Positions 62,316 to 64,000 of a stretch of 64,000 nt of DNA are shown here, one piece after another. The stretch covers positions 149,792,001 through 149,856,000 of the forward strand of contig NC_042997.1 in the NCBI RefSeq assembly GCF_006345805.1, given 5' to 3'. The DNA comes from Octopus sinensis (taxonomy: Eukaryota). The notes below the pieces were generated by a model that was given only the letters and a program-made list of their open reading frames with translations, did not search any database and was not told where the DNA came from. The first letter of the stretch is position 1, and each line of letters opens with the position of its first letter. The position numbers and the translations under genes were made by a program.

Positions 62316-63199
62316 ATGTATGATTTTTGTATAAACATGTATGAGTGGGTGTGTGTGTGTCTGTGTGTAGGTAGGTGTACATGAACGTATATGTGTGTGC
62401 AATGGGAAACTGTAAGTAGCAGTTTTTCTTGATATTTTTCTGATTTTTTGTATATTTAATATATTACTCTACCTCTGGTTTTCGAGTACTATTTTCCCCA
62501 CCTTATTACATATGTGTGTGCTTACTCTTATATACGTGCGTATGTGTGTGCGTGTGAAACAGAAAATATAATCGGTATTTGTGCTTTATCATGTATACCT
62601 GTTAATTACGTGAGCCAAGAGATGTTGATACGAGACACATTGCAGCTGGCCACTTCGTCAGCACTGTTTTGTGTGTGTGTGTGTGGGTGTGTGTGGGTGG
62701 GTGGGTGGTGTTATGTCGCTACTTGCTGCTTCTGCTGCTGCTGTCATATCATATGAATGAAAAATACATAATGTTGAATCTTGCATTATTTATTTATTTG
62801 TCGAATGAATTAAGGAGAGACGATGATGCCATGAACATTTACATTATCACCATCATGAAATTTAACAGGATTTGTACGACTGCGACGACGATTATGGTGT
62901 TGGCGATAATAATGATGATTGACGATGTTGACGACAACGAAGACGACGCCGATGATGATCATGATGGTTGTTACTGCCCGCAAAGCAAAGGTGGCGGAAA
63001 AATTTTGTAACGTTATGAAAGTGCTAATGTTCACTTGATATCCATATTTTACGTTCGGTAACGAACTCCGGATGCTGCATCCGCAAGAAATAAATGAGTG
63101 GCCTCCAGGTGTGTCTGACAAAGCTCTGCTCATTTATTTTAGCGTCGATTTTTGTATGGTTGATGCAACTTCTGGCAAAGAATACTCACAGTTAATGAT

Positions 63200-64000
63200 A
63201 GAATATTGGTACATCTGATATTGGTGGTGGTGGTGGTGGTGGTGGTGGTGGTGAGAATGGTGATGTTGTTGCTGTTGGCGGTGGTGGTAGTAATAGACGG
63301 AATAGCATTAGTAGTGTTTGCGTTGGTGTGGTTATCATGGTGATGTGGATGATTCTGATGATTATAGTGATACTGGTGACAGCGTTGAGATTGTTGCGAT
63401 GCTATTGACGTTAGTAGTGGTGGCAGAAGCCTTGCCATGGCTGTGATTTTGTAGATGGTATCCATGATTGTAATGATTCTTGCAGTGGTGGTGGTAGTGG
63501 TCGTCGTGGTGGTGTTGTAGGCGATGATGCTGGTGGAGGTGGTAGTGGTCATCGTCGTGGTGTTATAGGCGATGATGCTGGTGGAGGTGGTAGTGGTCAT
63601 CGTCGTGGTGTTGTAGGTGATGATGCTGGTGGTGGAGGTGGTGGTGCATTTAGTACTTACGTTGTTGTTATTGATAGGTGCGATTATGATGTTGATTTCA
63701 AAGGTGATTATGGGGTTGTCGCGGTGGTGGTGGTGGTGGTGGTAGTGGTGATGATGATGGTGGTAGTGTTGGTAGTGGTAGAAATTCTGTTGTTGCGCTG
63801 ATATTCAGGACGAGAGCAATGCAGTTAGTGGTGGTCGTCGTCGTAATGGGGGTAGTGATGATGGTGCTGGTGGTGGTGAAGTTGGTGGTCATGGTCAAGA
63901 TTTTGCTGTAGGTGATATTGAGGAGAGCAATGTTGTTACTGCTGTTGCTGTTGTTGTTGTTGCTGTTGTTGGTAGTTTTTGTGGTGGTGATGGGGGTGAT
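63200..64000. repeat. Degenerate (GGT/GAT/GTT)n trinucleotide region containing a 48-bp minisatellite
   Basis: AGG(C/T)GATGATGCTGGTGG... recurs at 63519, 63567 and 63615. The remainder is mixed triplet low-complexity sequence. Confidence 0.85.

Noticed and set aside
63139-63900. Mucin-like Thr-rich ORFs with a 16-aa repeat
   Set aside because: Explained by (GGT/GAT)n low complexity plus a 48-bp minisatellite; frames are interrupted and lack splice support.

Overview
AT-rich, microsatellite-saturated eukaryotic DNA. The SINE types, the (TA)n/(CA)n/(TAA)n/(ACAT)n/(AGAT)n load and the repeat families recall an octopod cephalopod genome; this is inference from remembered repeat sequences, not a database result. 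I could not identify a host protein-coding gene, and nearly all ORFs in the supplied track are microsatellite or antisense artefacts. The window reads as intronic or intergenic. Identifiable content: a decayed HERO/NeSL-type REL retrotransposon (9.6-11.6 kb); three 5'-truncated R4/Dong-type REL LINE ends in (TAA)n; two copies of a ~560-bp non-coding element, each sitting in a Dong (TAA)n tail; a Penelope-like ORF remnant; three mariner remnants (one internally inverted, one with both TIRs); a 442-bp MITE with TIRs, an 8-bp TSD and TTAGGG/G4 sequence; a ~380-bp foldback; many tRNA-type SINE copies including a head-to-tail trimer; and a ~75-bp 28S rRNA fragment. Best leads: (1) a putative (TAA)n-homing non-autonomous partner of Dong LINEs; (2) AG|GT zero-length-exon (recursive-splicing-like) sites and a cluster of minus-strand splice signals at 52-54.6 kb; (3) hammerhead ribozyme core halves in rearranged order in the HERO 3' UTR and at the window start. 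All three are hypotheses that need searches or RNA data.
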